Origin: Chara braunii
Taxonomy: Eukaryota; Plantae; Charophyceae
Length of the DNA: 63,675 nt
Assembly: GCA_003427395.1 (NCBI GenBank)
Contig: BFEA01000005.1
Location: 1,747,823 to 1,811,497, forward strand
Direction of reading: 5' to 3'
Shown: piece after piece, positions 49,087 through 62,190 of the stretch
Layout of the letters: every line of letters begins with the position of its first letter
Position numbering within the stretch: position 1 is the first letter of the stretch
The notes under the pieces: model-generated
Seen by the model: the letters and a program-made list of their open reading frames with translations, nothing else
Told to the model about the DNA's origin: nothing
Database searches by the model: none
Position numbers and translations under genes: made by a program

Positions 49087-49573
49087 TTTTTGTCACACTT
49101 TTTTCAGTCGGGCCTCTTCAAGCGACTAGAAAGCCAACAAGCTGTCTCGCAGGATTTTGTATATCGATTGCAATAAATAAAATAAAATAAATTAAATAAT
49201 GCAAATCCCTTCCTATTGTGTGCGTCCGGCTTCGAGTGCGACCCTTCAATTGCGGTCTTCGCCGGTCCCCGGTCTTAGGAATCTTTTACTTTGATTCGGA
49301 ACAGCAAACAATTATATCATAGTCATAAAATCCTAGTGTGTCATCCATGCATCAATTTTGTCGATTTTCTACTTTTGAGAACTGTGACAGAATCATCAAA
49401 AAATGCAAGCATCAAGCAAACGACAATGCAAGAAGCAGGATTGACGGACTCGAGCAAAGACAAGGTCAAGTGAGGGAAGAATAAGAACTCATAATAATCT
49501 CAGAAAGTACACATGTAAGGAGCATGGCTAGCACCAGTCAAAAGTCCTCACTCGTCCTTCGAAATCCTCACAC

Positions 49574-50227
49574 TCAATTTCTCATTTTGTTGTCTGTTGC
49601 CTGGACTTTCTGCCATGTCTTGGTACTCTCCGAGGTTGTGGTCTCTGTATGTAGAGCCACCTGAAGCCCGCGAGCTCCGAGCACTTCCATCCAAGTCCCA
49701 TTATACGAAACACAAAACTCCTTCCACAGTGTAGGGAGATACGGTTGAGAGAAGATCCCTCGTCTGAGATATGGGAACTCGGAAGCCTCGGTCATAGACT
49801 CGTAGTCGATTGCTGCTGGCGAAATATACCTCTTTGCCAGATCCACCAGGTCACCCCAATTAGAGTTATCTGTGAGAGTAAAGGGAACTGGAGGCTTTGG
49901 GTAATCAGTGTAGAGATTGGGTCCGAAGCTACGGTTTAGCTTCACTCCGTTCTCATCTAGCTCTTTCTCCCTTTCTTCAAGGTACCTGGTTGCTGCAATC
50001 CAGACTGAAGCGATGTGCTCATGGGTTTCTTTCCCCTTTCTCACGTAGAGTCTTAGGTCGTGAATGATACCACCCGCAAACTTGGTAAGGACAACATAGA
50101 TTGTCATGTCACCTTGCCTGAAGCCAGTAGCACTGACATATTGGTATTGGAAGGCATCCTTGAGTGCGATCTGGTTGAGATTGGTCAAGACTGACCCGTG
50201 AACTGAAAATGATTGAACTGCACTCAT
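49574..50227 (-). CDS. LTR-encoded accessory protein ORF-X (217 aa, unknown function)
   Basis: Open ATG-to-stop frame; protein-level conservation with 17009-17241 and with the leader domains. Confidence 0.8.
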   Translation of the reverse strand: MSAVQSFSVHGSVLTNLNQIALKDAFQYQYVSATGFRQGDMTIYVVLTKFAGGIIHDLRLYVRKGKETHEHIASVWIAATRYLEEREKELDENGVKLNRSFGPNLYTDYPKPPVPFTLTDNSNWGDLVDLAKRYISPAAIDYESMTEASEFPYLRRGIFSQPYLPTLWKEFCVSYNGTWMEVLGARGLQVALHTETTTSESTKTWQKVQATDNKMRN

Positions 50228-50518
50228 GGGATGAGGTGGAAGTTATGACTGGTTTGTGCCTTCTGGCAAAAGTACCATCTAAATAATGTCAAACTTTGTG
50301 CTGGATAGCAACAGTCGAGTGCTTGTTCAGTTCAGACTAAGATTGAACGTTTGCTGAGATGACCGGTTACCGAGTACTGATTGAAACTGACTGTTGCTGA
50401 AATTGTTAACTGAGAACTGAATGCTGTTGAGATTGCTGATTGAGAACTTTCTTTCACACCTGGTCCCTGAGTGTTGCTGTGTGACTCCCACCAAGTCGGT
50501 TCATCCTAATAATATGGC

Positions 50519-50562
50519 CAGGGTTGTAAGGCGGGCCCCGGGGTCGGGGCTCGACAACCCTT
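50519..50562. mobile_element. 44-bp minimal hAT derivative
   Basis: TIR CAGGGTTGT / ACAACCCT; 8-bp TSD AATATGGC / AATATTGC; absent from the other LTR (~32276); same GGGCTCGACAACCCT end as 43126-44076. Confidence 0.85.
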
Positions 50563-50608
50563 AATATTGCACCAGACCTTAAATATTCCTCTCTTTCCTC
50601 CCTTACTA

Positions 50609-50857
50609 TTAATTATTGATGGCCACTCGTGCTTGATTAATAGTTTCCATGGAAGAAAGCGTGTTGTGCAGTTTTCCATCGGTTCCATAGAAATAAATAA
50701 CATATTCGATGAATGTTTGCCCCCTCACCAACTCTAGCGCCTTACGTCTCATTGCCTTCACATAGTGCTGGGCATTTTTCATCGCATCCTCTTTCCAACC
50801 TTCCATTATGTCTTTACAAGCCCCGCACTTCATCACCAGTTTCTCACAGTCCTTCAT
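50609..50857 (-). CDS. Small LTR-encoded protein ORF-S (82 aa, unknown function)
   Basis: ATG-initiated ORF; divergent homolog at 16460-16681; stop-containing copy at ~32325-32573. Confidence 0.7.
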   Translation of the reverse strand: MKDCEKLVMKCGACKDIMEGWKEDAMKNAQHYVKAMRRKALELVRGQTFIEYVIYFYGTDGKLHNTLSSMETINQARVAINN

Positions 50858-53800
50858 AATTCTCTCCCCTCATTTTTTTCCCAGCTTCCTATGCCTTAGC
50901 TTGATGAGGCATAGTGAGGCGAGACAGTAGTTGTGTCGATTAGCACTTGGGGATGCAGTGTGGAAATTTTCTCACTTGGTTTGTGAAAAACGGTATGACG
51001 GCAGCCGGTCTACTAGTGACACAGGGGTGCTTCATTCTCAGGTCACGCCTAACTGTCCGGGCACTTCATTGTTTCTCCCGGCAGGGCCTTCCGTTCAGGC
51101 TCGAGGTCAGGTTCCAACCGGAGTAGCTATGAGGAAGTAGATGACGAGTTCAAACCCTTTTGTATTCCTATAATATCTGGGAGATTCTGACCGTTATTGG
51201 ATTTCTGCTCTGATCGAGACACTTCCCATCTCGGTTTGACGGAAACCCGAACCTACTCTCTTCTGAGTGACGGTTTGCAACGAGCCCTTCTAAGAATTTC
51301 AAAATGCCTTAATCGTCCTTTCATCGAATATACACGATCAAAATACTCCTCGCCCAAAGTGAGGGTTTTATGCCTAGGCTGCTCTACAACAGTTCGAATA
51401 CTAAGAGAGAGATATTATATGCAGAATGTCTTCCAATTTGTATGTGTTGCCTTGAGTCGTCTGCCTAGCCACTACCTCACTTAGTCAGCCTTCGCCTCTA
51501 AGTTGATCTCATATAGGGAATGATCACTCCCGATTATGAAGCACACTAAGACTCAGCTTATCAAAAAACAGGTTGGGAAGGACGCTCATACTCAAAGCCA
51601 TAGTCTTCAAGTGTACTTCATATAGTGCTCGAAAAAAATCTGGTCTAAAATCCGGGAAGCTGATGACTTCGTATAAAGGGCCTTTATCACCATTAAGCTT
51701 GACCATTTAGCTGGCTGTATAGTTTGTCTCCGAGTGATGAGGGAGTTGTGAAACAGGACAGAAGAGGACCAACATATCTCATATTCTTGTCTCAATCTCC
51801 GCCAACATCCGAAGCGCTAATTTCTTATACTAATCACCATCAAGTAGGAACTTAACCATTAAATAAGCAATTATTCTCAACAGTTTTTTCTTTCCCCTAT
51901 AACTCATCACATAAACTCAGCATCCACGAGTGATTGATTCCCATTACTTAGCACGACGAGGTTGAATGTTCTATCCAATGGACTACGTGCACATTCACGA
52001 ACTTACGTGACAGCTCTCGGACGAGTCCTTTATATTGGCGTAGGTCTTTGCACGATCACACTCATGAGGGTACCACTAATTATCATAGTCGCCTGGGTAT
52101 TCACACGTTAGAGTGATCACTCATGCGTACAAGTTATCACCTACAAGCCCTCGCGGTCTTCTGCTAGAATACCTGCGAGCCCGTTCTGCCGCACATTCGT
52201 GCAATCATGCGGACACACACCGACTCGTAGGGTCGATGCCAAACTTTCAGCCACAGGTTTTTCACCAGCCCTCCAAAGAGGGGAAATTGATACTCTATCA
52301 ACTACTGTGATCTCGACCCTCTTCGTTGCGTTCACACGCATAGTATTCACAAGATTAAACACTCAACGAAGGTCTCTTGCGAACTAGTGATTATGATGCG
52401 CCCCTCCAGTAGAAACAAGAGTAAGGAAGACTAGACTCAATGAAAAAATTGCGAGTATTCCTTATGGCTCGCAGTAAGACCATCACCTTACTCGATGAAC
52501 CAGGCAAATAAATTTACAAGAATATCCCGAATTTGAAAGGAATCAATTTCGTCAGCCCTCAGCACTAATGAGGTTTTATACAACGGATTGCTCACACAAC
52601 ATGCACCGCTGATACAGGTAGCGATTAACACAATTTCATGAACATCCCATTTTCGACTCGCTCTGTTGATCTTAATATATCATTAGGCCCCGTTCTCACA
52701 ATGATCATGCGCCGAGCGTTTCAACGGCTAACCCCTTCTGCGAGCCGTGCCCAGCTAGTTTACTCGTCTCCCCTATCGAAACAAGTTTCACGGACACAGA
52801 CGCCAAAGAATCAGAATGCGACTCGATCGCATAGATGAGTGACGTCATCAAGAGAGCATGACCCGTCTAGTTACCTAGCACTCATTCCCTAATACTTGTT
52901 CCCCTTTTTTCCTCACTCTCTCATCGTTAGGGCGGGCTCAAGATGGATGAGCACAACATCAAAGGAACAATTCGTAAACGTAGCGGAGGAGGTCGGACAA
53001 CAGAGAACGTTAAAGCGTGCCTTTCTCCCACTCATCTGTCGAGAGTTACCAACAACCAAGATCGCCTCCCTACCCATTTAACATACTGCACTCTAAGACT
53101 CCTCACTTCATTAGCCATTATACATGTTATCCATCTTCCCATTTCAGTCCAGAGCGACTCAAGTACCAAGTTCAGGGGTACAAGTAGCAATCTGCAAGGG
53201 TCTCGGGATTCAGGTCATTTTCGTCACTCGCCGCTTCGGTGTCCCGATCCAGATGTCGCTGCTCCTGTTCTACCATATCAATCGAGGTCTCTGCCTCCAG
53301 CTAAGAAACTGACAAACTGTCACTTTCACTTCGTCCGACACCAAGGCGCTAACACAACGATACAAACCCAAGCCCAGATCCATAACTCACTACTCGACCA
53401 TTTTTCCCCTTTTCTTGTTTTTACATCTTCCTCCTTCCAACACTGATCGTCGCCACTAAGCCTACCACGTAACCCAGCCACAAGAGTCCAGCGCGCGGTT
53501 GAGAAGGTCGCATGGGTTATCGCTGCCACGTCTCTGCACCTGGTCCGGATCAAGACCATCAGGACCCGACAATCACTTCAACTACGAGCAGGCCATAGAC
53601 TATCAAACGGCAGCCGCGATTCAAAAATTGAGCCGTTGGCCCCGCGAAATAGCGTAGACCGAAGTGAAAACCGATTCTGACGAATTGAGTGAAAAGGAAA
53701 GTTAAATAATAACAACAATAATAATTATAAAGTCGAGAGGGAAAAGGGGTTATAACATCATTACTACCTTGAACTAAAACAGGAACTCAGGCCATCGCAT

Positions 53801-56800
53801 AGATTCGGCGTTTAATTTTTCTTTTTTTTTTTCATATTTTCTTTCCCTTCGCTTCTCCTTTTCTTGGTTCCTTTCATTTTGACAGCGATATCCGTCCCAT
53901 GCACCTAACCCATAACCTGGCCAAGGGCACCCGGCGCGCAGTAGAAAGGACCACGCTAGTCTCTCCCCCTTCGCGTCCCAGGGCGAGCCCGACGGCTACC
54001 ACGGCCACAAGCCGATAGTGCTCGGCTGTATAGCAGGGTGCCGAGCCCGCATGGACCAAGGGTAAGTCTTGTGGCGCAACCCCCCCTTTTTGTTGAGGCA
54101 GGCACCAACAGGATGGGTCCACGTCAAGGTACAGCCTGGGTAACCCCCCCTTTTTGCTGAGGCAGGCACCAACAAGATGGGTCCACGTCAAGCTACAACC
54201 CGGATACTAGGGATAGTAGAGGTTCAGGAACATGCCTACACGCCGCGACGTGGGAGCAAGAGGCCGATACCAAGCAGGGACTTGGTACGCAGAAGAGGGC
54301 TGGGACACCGCACCCGCCGACATGATACCAAACCCCCGCCCAGCGTCCCCGCTGGGTCAAAACGCAAGCACAAACAGTATAAAATAGTACACGCCGACAG
54401 ATTCATCTTCATTGTGGCCTACTGTGTAGTTCGTACGACGGGTTTTGCACCAAAGCTGCTTCTCATATTCTCGCAGCACTTGCATTCTCGCTTTCTTCTT
54501 TTCATTGCTTGCTGCTTTTCCTTTTTTTTTTTTTTTTTTCAAGCTTTACACAACTATGTTTTTCTCTTTTCTTTAACGGTTCGCCCTTTTCGTTTTCCTA
54601 ACTCATCCAGCTGCTGTGTATCCTCTCTATCATTTTAGTAGCCGCCACCTCGCGCAAGACGTGAGTATAGCTCGGAGGAGGAGGAAGAAGAAGGGCGGCG
54701 CTGTGGTACATACTCTAAACTTTATCTGTGATATCCCCCTTCTAGTTGGTCTGAGAGGACTCAATCTCCAAACAAGATGGAGTATTATTAGAAGAAGTTC
54801 GAGGCGCGGTACGACGCGCCAACCACTTCGTCCCCTCCTTACTCACCTAGAGTTCCCACTACCCCTGTAGCGAGTAGGGTTTCAGTGTCCGTTACCTCAC
54901 CTCCTAATCCCTGTGCAGTCTCTTCCTCTTCTCATCCCAATAACTGCACTCTTTGTTGTATCTGCTTCCTTCTCGTCTTACTTCAAGTTGGGTTCATGAC
55001 TGTCTTCTACATTCTGTATAAGCATGATTTCCTCTCGAATTTCTGAATTGATTCCTCTAAGGTCTTTTGCTTATATCACACTTTACAGCATTCCTGGCTT
55101 AAGAGTATGAATACATTAAGGACGGGGATGTAGGTTCCTCGTGAACCAGGCCGCTTGTCGGCCACCAAATAAATTTTTAAGAAGAATCTTTCATCTCTTG
55201 TTGGCTTGGCTTACACGCTGAACTCTTTCAGCAACGAAGGTTACCTTGTACCTTGTTCTAACAGTTGTGCCGGGGATGTTATCCAAGTAACGATGACACT
55301 CACTCTGTTTGCCATGCCGGGGATAGAGTATACCAAACCCTCTTTTCCGTTCTCCGACCTGAGTGAGACGGCTCCTCAACTTCTCAAGCAACTGAAAGGG
55401 ATACCAAACCCCGTTCTTTTCTCTGGTCTGAGTGAGGCGTTTCCTCAACTTCTCACACAGGAAAAGGGATACCAAACCCTTTTCCCTTTTTTCTGGTCTG
55501 GGAACTTCAAGTGAACCTACATAACAACAAGTTTCACAGACAACAGATCGCAGCCCCAGCAAGCAGACCCTCTGACAACCAGCAGTCAAGCAGTAGCAAA
55601 TTAAAATAAAACCGATAAATAAAATGATAAATAATAAAATAATAAAATAATAAGTTTCTTCACACCCAAGAGTTATTGATTGCCCTGTTTTTGGCCCACG
55701 ACTGGCCAGGAATGACAGACCTCCCGTCAGTCTGACATACCTTATTCAGCCCACCTCAGGCCAGGACCAGTCAGACCATTTGTCTTGACGGCCCCTTCGA
55801 CCTGCCTCCAGGTCAGGACCAGCATACCCAGTACTCGAGTATGGTAGCCCTTTGGCACTCTCGCCAGGACACCCAGACTATAGCGGGTCTGATCACCCTA
55901 TGACAGTATACCTCCCGTCTGTCAAACTGTCCCGTATTCGAATTTGACCACTGCGGTCGGGACCGACTCACCCACCAGTTTTTGGCCTAGGGTGATGGCT
56001 GCCCCGTACAGTCTTTTGAACGTGGGACCCGGTCTAACCACAGTTCCAGGCTCTGACGAACCTCACTGGATTGCATCCTTTGACTGCGGTAGGGTTCCAA
56101 CTGACCCCTTTCGACCTCACAGGCCAGACCCCCGGAGGCTTACCCTCAGTCGACTACGGAATTCGACACTCGTGTCGAGGACCTGCTGATCCCACCAGAT
56201 TGCAACCTACTGCGGTAAGGCTCTGGCTAGCCCCGATAATCAATGCATCTTTAGGTAAGAGAAAAAAATCCCTGGCGCATACAATCAGGCAAACATGTCA
56301 TAACCCACAAGCAAACTGCCCATGCCCCAAATAACAGGACAAACATTTCATCAAGAGACATCACTTCAGTCTCAAGAGGCATTGAACAGAAACATAATAA
56401 CCAGCATCAAACCCTTACAGGAGACCTCCCTTCAGTTTCAATAAGAATGCTTAGTGCTGGTCCCAGAGAGGTCCCTTCCCTCAGTTGGGAATTTCTTTTC
56501 TAAAAGACGTCCCGTCAGTCCCAATGAAATACTGAAATGCTGATCTCAGAGAGGTCCCTTTTCTCATCTGAGTGAAGATAGGCAACTTAGTCAAGAAATA
56601 CGAAGTCCCTCTACTGACAACTCTCCGTCAAGTAAAGTTGAACTTCTTTATGCCTGTCCTCATCTGAATTTCTTAGATTGACAACTTAGCCAGAGACACG
56701 AGGCTCTTCTGCTCACAACTCTCGATCAGACATAATTGAACTTCTTTATGCCCATCATGTTTTTCGCTTTATCATAAAGATAATACTTATTACATCTTTT

Positions 56801-57095
56801 GATGTGCCACAACCATGAGTCTCTCAAATCTTGCGACTGCGTCAATGCTTATCGCAACTGTATCTCACAGTTACTCCCCACTCTTTGGGACTTGACACTC
56901 ATGGATCGACTGTAGCACCGCATCAAAGGTATAGTTTCATTAACTTTGTTGCTTGCTGAAACAAAAAATTAACTTATATGCCAAAAAATTAAAAGTTGAA
57001 TTGACAATGCAAGAAGGATCAAAGTCTGCTGAAAACCGAGTCTTGCTGCCTCACTGTCTTATTGTACTCTCTCTCAGTTCTCTGAAACTGTTCTC

Positions 57096-60000
57096 TTACT
57101 GGGATAATTGACCTTTCTTTCCTCTTTTTGAGGTCACTGTAGGGATCAGATCAGGGTCTCTGAAGATGAACTTACGAAATCTTGACCCTGATACCATGTC
57201 GTGAACCCTAGATCCATCAATCTCTGAAATTTCATAGACTTTGCCTTCTGCTTCCCCTGTGATTCTGTAAGGACCAAGCCATCTAGGCTCCAATCGTTTA
57301 GTTCATTGAGTCTCAAGAGAACTATCGAACAGAAGAACGTCGTCACCAACTTTCAATTTCTCTTTTCTTATATATCTTTTTTTGTTCCATCTCTCTTGAT
57401 CTGATAGTTTGTTGGATGTCATTCTCTCTGCAGCATCCATCACTGGTTGATCAACCTTTGATATTTATCTCATTCTGATATGGAGGAGCTCTTAAATAGA
57501 ATAGTCTCTGTCACTCTCTTGACTTGACCATGTTTTGACTATTTTCTCAATTGACAATGTAGCATACCGAGTATACCAAAGAGTAAATGGAGCATAATCA
57601 GTAGTCCTCTTGACAGTGATGTTGTCAGCATATACAACAGCGATTAGTATTTTTGGCCACTTACTGAGATTTCCTTCACACCATTTGGCCAATGAGTCTT
57701 TCAGAGTTCTGTGACCCCTCTCAACAGGTGCGTTTGCTTGAGGATGATAGGTAGATACATATCGAATTCTGACACCCAACCTGAGAGTGGTCCTCCTTAC
57801 AATCGCATTTATGAACTCTGATCTTCTGTCTGAGACAAACTCTCTAATGAAAGGATACCTGAGATATACTTCCTCTATCCAGTCAGCCACCTGCTCGGAT
57901 GTCTTCCTCATCAGAGCCTTTGCCTACACATAACCAGAAACATTATCTCTCATGTTCAATATGTACCTCATCCCTCCCCCCTCGTGTAGAGCAGCAATTA
58001 TCTCCGGGTATCTTTCTTTGGCACAAACCACTGTTAGTGGAGACAGTCCTCCCTTGCCATCCACAAAGACATGACCTCTCTTTAGCCTGAGCTTTTTCCT
58101 TAGATTCTTACAATAATATTCCTTTAACTGTTCTTTCTCTATTTTCTTCCCAATCTCTTGGTAAACTTCATCATACTCTTAAAAGATAAATGATATCTCC
58201 TTTAACTGTTCTTTCTCCATTTTCTTCCCAATCTCTTGGTAAACTTCATCATACTCTTAAAAGATAAATGATATCTCTCCTTCTTTCTTCACACCTTCTT
58301 CTTCATTCTTTGAGCTTGAACTTTCCCCTATCTCAGGGACTGCGACGACCGCTGCATTGATCTTTACCTACCAGTCATTATGTTCTTCTTTTTTTTCCCG
58401 AGAATTGCTTCATAGACACAGGTATCAGGGATTTCTCCCCAGCCGTCTCTTTCTTTAGGCCATAAACTCCACTTATAAAAGTTTGGCACTTCATAATCTT
58501 CATCATCTTTCTTATCCTGAAAATTATCAACATGTGGACATTGGTCAGTAACTCTTTTCATAACAAGGTGTAGTCCTGCTGTCAAATCTCATGGGTCTTT
58601 CTCTACCATTTTCATCTTTCTGTATGAGTACACCCCCAAGAGTTACTGATCCTCCATCTGCCTCAATGATGAAGGGTCTACCCTCTTCATCGTCATAGTA
58701 GGGCACTCCCAACACTACACCTCCATCTTTTAATTTTTCTTGTAGAGTTTCTGTAGCAGTCTGTTTTTTCTCAATCCAAGATAAGTCAGCCTCTTGTCTC
58801 ACCATTTCCCTAAGTGGTTCTGCAAGAGTACCAAAATGAGGTATGAAAATCCTCCAGAACCCATAGACACCAAAAAAACTCCTGACATCCGTCACCCGCT
58901 TGAGGGGCAGAGACCAGTTCAAAAATTTGTCTATCTTCTTGGGGTCGGGGCTCCTACCATTGGAGAAACATCTGAAGCCCAAAATGGTGACCTCGGCTTG
59001 GAAAGGAAGCGACTTTGACCCACTGGCAGTCAAATTATATTTCTGAAGTCTCTCTAGGACCAGCTTTACACCTTCAGCATGCTCCCAGACAAACTTTCTG
59101 ACACCATCCCCAACCAAAGTTTCGTCTCTTACCATAGGTCCTTTCAGAGGATTATCATCAATATAGGGACTGGTTATCTCAGGTGAGATATCCTGCATGA
59201 CTTTGATCATATCCCTTTGAACCACTGCCACACCATTAGTTCAACCTTGGGGCACCACGCACATCTGAATGAGGCCTCTTGGAGTGGCAGTTATTGGTCG
59301 GCTAGTGGGATCAATGGAAAACTGATCATAGCCAGAATACAAATCAATTAAAGAATAAATACATCGACCAGCAAAGGATTCAGAAAGGAGATCAGCATTA
59401 GGGAGACTACCTGCATCACGTACCGTTACTGAATTGAGCTTCTGGAGATTTTGTATCCATCTCAATCCACCCCCTGGTTTCCAAAAGCAAAACCAGTGGT
59501 TAGCATAAGGTCCATCAGCAGGTTCAGCAACATTGAAGACAATCTTTTTGTGAAGATACTTTACCACTTCTGCTTCTTCTTTCAGGGCATACTTGGTTGG
59601 TCTATCCTTCCATGGGAGGTGATCAACTGTCCAGATTTTGCCATCTTAATCGTATCCACATTCAATCGCCCTCTTTCTTCATCATTAAAAGAGAATGCAC
59701 CAGAGAACTCTTGACACACCTTGAAGATATATTCCTTCTCTTTAGGCAAGATAAATTGATCAGAACCTATCTTCATCGTCTCAAACCTTTCTCTGGTGAC
59801 TCTATTCCCAAATTTCGCAGATTCCCTTAATGCCTTAATAATTCTTCTATCTTTTTCGAGTGTCTCGTCATAATCATTCTATTAAGACTGCCACTGGGTT
59901 CTTCTTCACCCCCTTGGGCTTATATTTTTTTTTTGACTAAGTGGCTATTTTTCTAAAAAATGATGAGTTGATGCAAACTTTAATTCCATTTTTCCACCTT

Positions 60001-60771
60001 TGGCAGTCTCAAGAGCCTTCTTAAAGGCATCAATCTGTCCATCCTCATCTTAGAGTCTTCCAAGGGCCTTTACCATCTTTGAAATGTGATTGATCTCAAC
60101 TGGAACCTCCTCCTTAAGTTCCTGTTTATCTTTTCTCTTGATCTTTCTTGCCCTCTCAGCGGACTTTTCCCTTCTAATTGAGGTGACTGATATTTTGTGC
60201 TTGTGATGGTAAGCCGGGCAGACCACGAAAGTCTGCTCTTGTGCAGTTTCCGGGTCTTGCGGACTGATCTATAATGACTCTTCATGACTAAAGAACTGGA
60301 TAGCGTACATCCTGTGTAAGAACGGAGTGCCCAAAATACAGTCATGATCCAAGTCTTGTATCACAAATCCCAATAACTCGACTGACATCATCCCGACTTT
60401 CATAGACAGATGGTCAATAAATCCTGCTACGATGAGTTCTCCAGCAATATTGCTTAGCGTTTGGATCGCAGGCCTATCAATAGTCAGTCCACAAGCCTCC
60501 ATTGCCTTTTGAGAGATAAGTATCATCTCCGCCCCAGAATCCACCAAGGCTCAAATTTTCACTTGATACAGATCGTGAAATAACCATAACTCATGGTTGC
60601 GAATCTCATCTTACATCTAGGCAAGGTCCTCTTAACTTGACTAAGAAAGACTGCTCCCAAATAATCAACCTCCGTTTTTTTCTTCTCAATTAACTTCTTC
60701 AATTCCTCTCTCAACTTAGGTGTTAATATCATTGGTTCCTTGAAGGGCAATGTTACCTCTGTTTCTTCCAT
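57096..60771 (-). pseudogene. pol: pol (PR-RT-partial RH-partial IN), copy 2
   Basis: VDSGAE, DLYSGYDQF, PQG, YIDD, YHPQANAPVERGH, WLGPY. Deletions remove the RH C-terminus (~58575) and most of the IN zinc finger (~57975); 78-bp duplication at 58121-58276. Confidence 0.93.
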
Positions 60772-61083
60772 TATCTTAGTAATTACATCAGTAATTACAG
60801 TTTCATCCTTTAGTTCACTTTTGAGTACAATTTTATTTTCCTCCTTTGTTCACTTCTCTTGGGTGAACGTCCCGGTTTTCGATCATCAAGGATTTCAATC
60901 AGCGCTTCCTCAGTCTTTCTTCTTTTCTTTGCCTCTATCATTTGAGGGGTTAAATGTGCATGAACATTCCTCACTTCCCCAATCACCATGTCAGGTTCCA
61001 TAACGAGTTTTGGGGGTAATTCACCCTCAAATGACATCATGTTAGTCGAACAAACATATTCGCTAGGAGAAAATACTACCAAC

Positions 61084-62190
61084 TCAGAGAAAATCTGAGT
61101 AGCAGAATTCTCTCCTAAAGAAAGGCCGCCAGGCAAGTGAATCATCAGACTCTTGTATAAGTCCCTTAGGCAGTTCACCTACGAAAGTATGTACATTCAC
61201 CTTAGCCTTTCTTTTTTTATTTTTCTTCATCTTTTCATCATGCTTAAGGGCAAGAAGTCGCATACCTCCAGGATGTCTAGGATTTAATTTGTTCCATGAA
61301 CTGTCACAAACATGACCCTTTGCATCCATTTTTGTCACCCCACTCTTCACATCCTCTTCCAAAGGCATACAGCAAGTGGTTGTGTGACCTCCTTCACCAC
61401 AATAATAGCAGACAAATTTCTTCTTAAGTCGCTCGTCGTACTTTCTTCTCTCTCTGTTCCCTTTTTCACCATTTCCTCCATTCTTTTTAGATCTTGAAGA
61501 ATCACCTCTTTTACCATAGTCATCATCATCATCACCGTCCTCATCATCATCACTTTCAACCATTTTCTTCTCTTTCTCATCCACAACATGATTAACAGAC
61601 ATGTAGTTCGTCATAAGTCTTTGGATAATAGTTTTTACATTCAGATTGTTTCCTCTGCATAAACCATTCTCTGTCTCCGAGTCCTTAGCCAACGTACTGA
61701 TGTGATCCAGTGACCACTTCTTTTGAGAGACCGTAGGCAAGGTTATAAAAATTGCAACAATTTCATCCCATCTGAGAGGGTAATTTTTAGCCTGATGGAA
61801 GACTGTCTGCCTTTCAGTGTTAGTGAAATTAGTAAAAAATATATGGCATCTCTGGGCTTCATCCAAATATAGGATTCTCCTTGTTGTTCGGATAAAAGTT
61901 TGGAGAAAAACATTGAAAGTGTCATACTTAGCTCTTCTGATGTTGAGTAAATCCTTGACTGTAGTTGGAACTGAGTCTTTCTCAAATTCTCTTTTCATTG
62001 TTTCCTTGATCTCTTCCCATGTAGTGACCACTTCCATTAATTCTGGAACAGCCAACCTCGAGTCAGTGTCACAGTAAAATAAAAGGTGTTTAAGCCGTTG
62101 CTTGTTTGTCCAGCCATAACGAAGCCTAAACAATTCATATTCATGTAAGAAATAATTTACTTTAGACCCTCTGAAGCATAGAAATCTCTC
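61084..62190 (-). pseudogene. gag: Gag, copy 2
   Basis: 349-aa open stretch with CYYCGEGGHTTTCC; a deletion at ~61132 shifts the downstream frame. Confidence 0.88.

Larger units (their letters stand above)
30961..53757 (-). mobile_element. Ty3/gypsy LTR retrotransposon, copy 1 (LTR-PBS-leader ORFs-gag-PR-RT-RH-IN-3'UTR-PPT-LTR), about 22.8 kb
   Basis: Two homologous LTRs, tRNA-Asp PBS, and gypsy domain order with IN after RH. Confidence 0.92.
49091..53757 (-). mobile_element. Shared LTR (4667 bp): 5' LTR of copy 1 and 3' LTR of copy 2
   Basis: TGTTATAAC...GTGTGACA with a PBS on one side and PPT plus 3'UTR on the other. Lacks about 1.15 kb present in the other LTR (~34922-36077). Confidence 0.85.
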
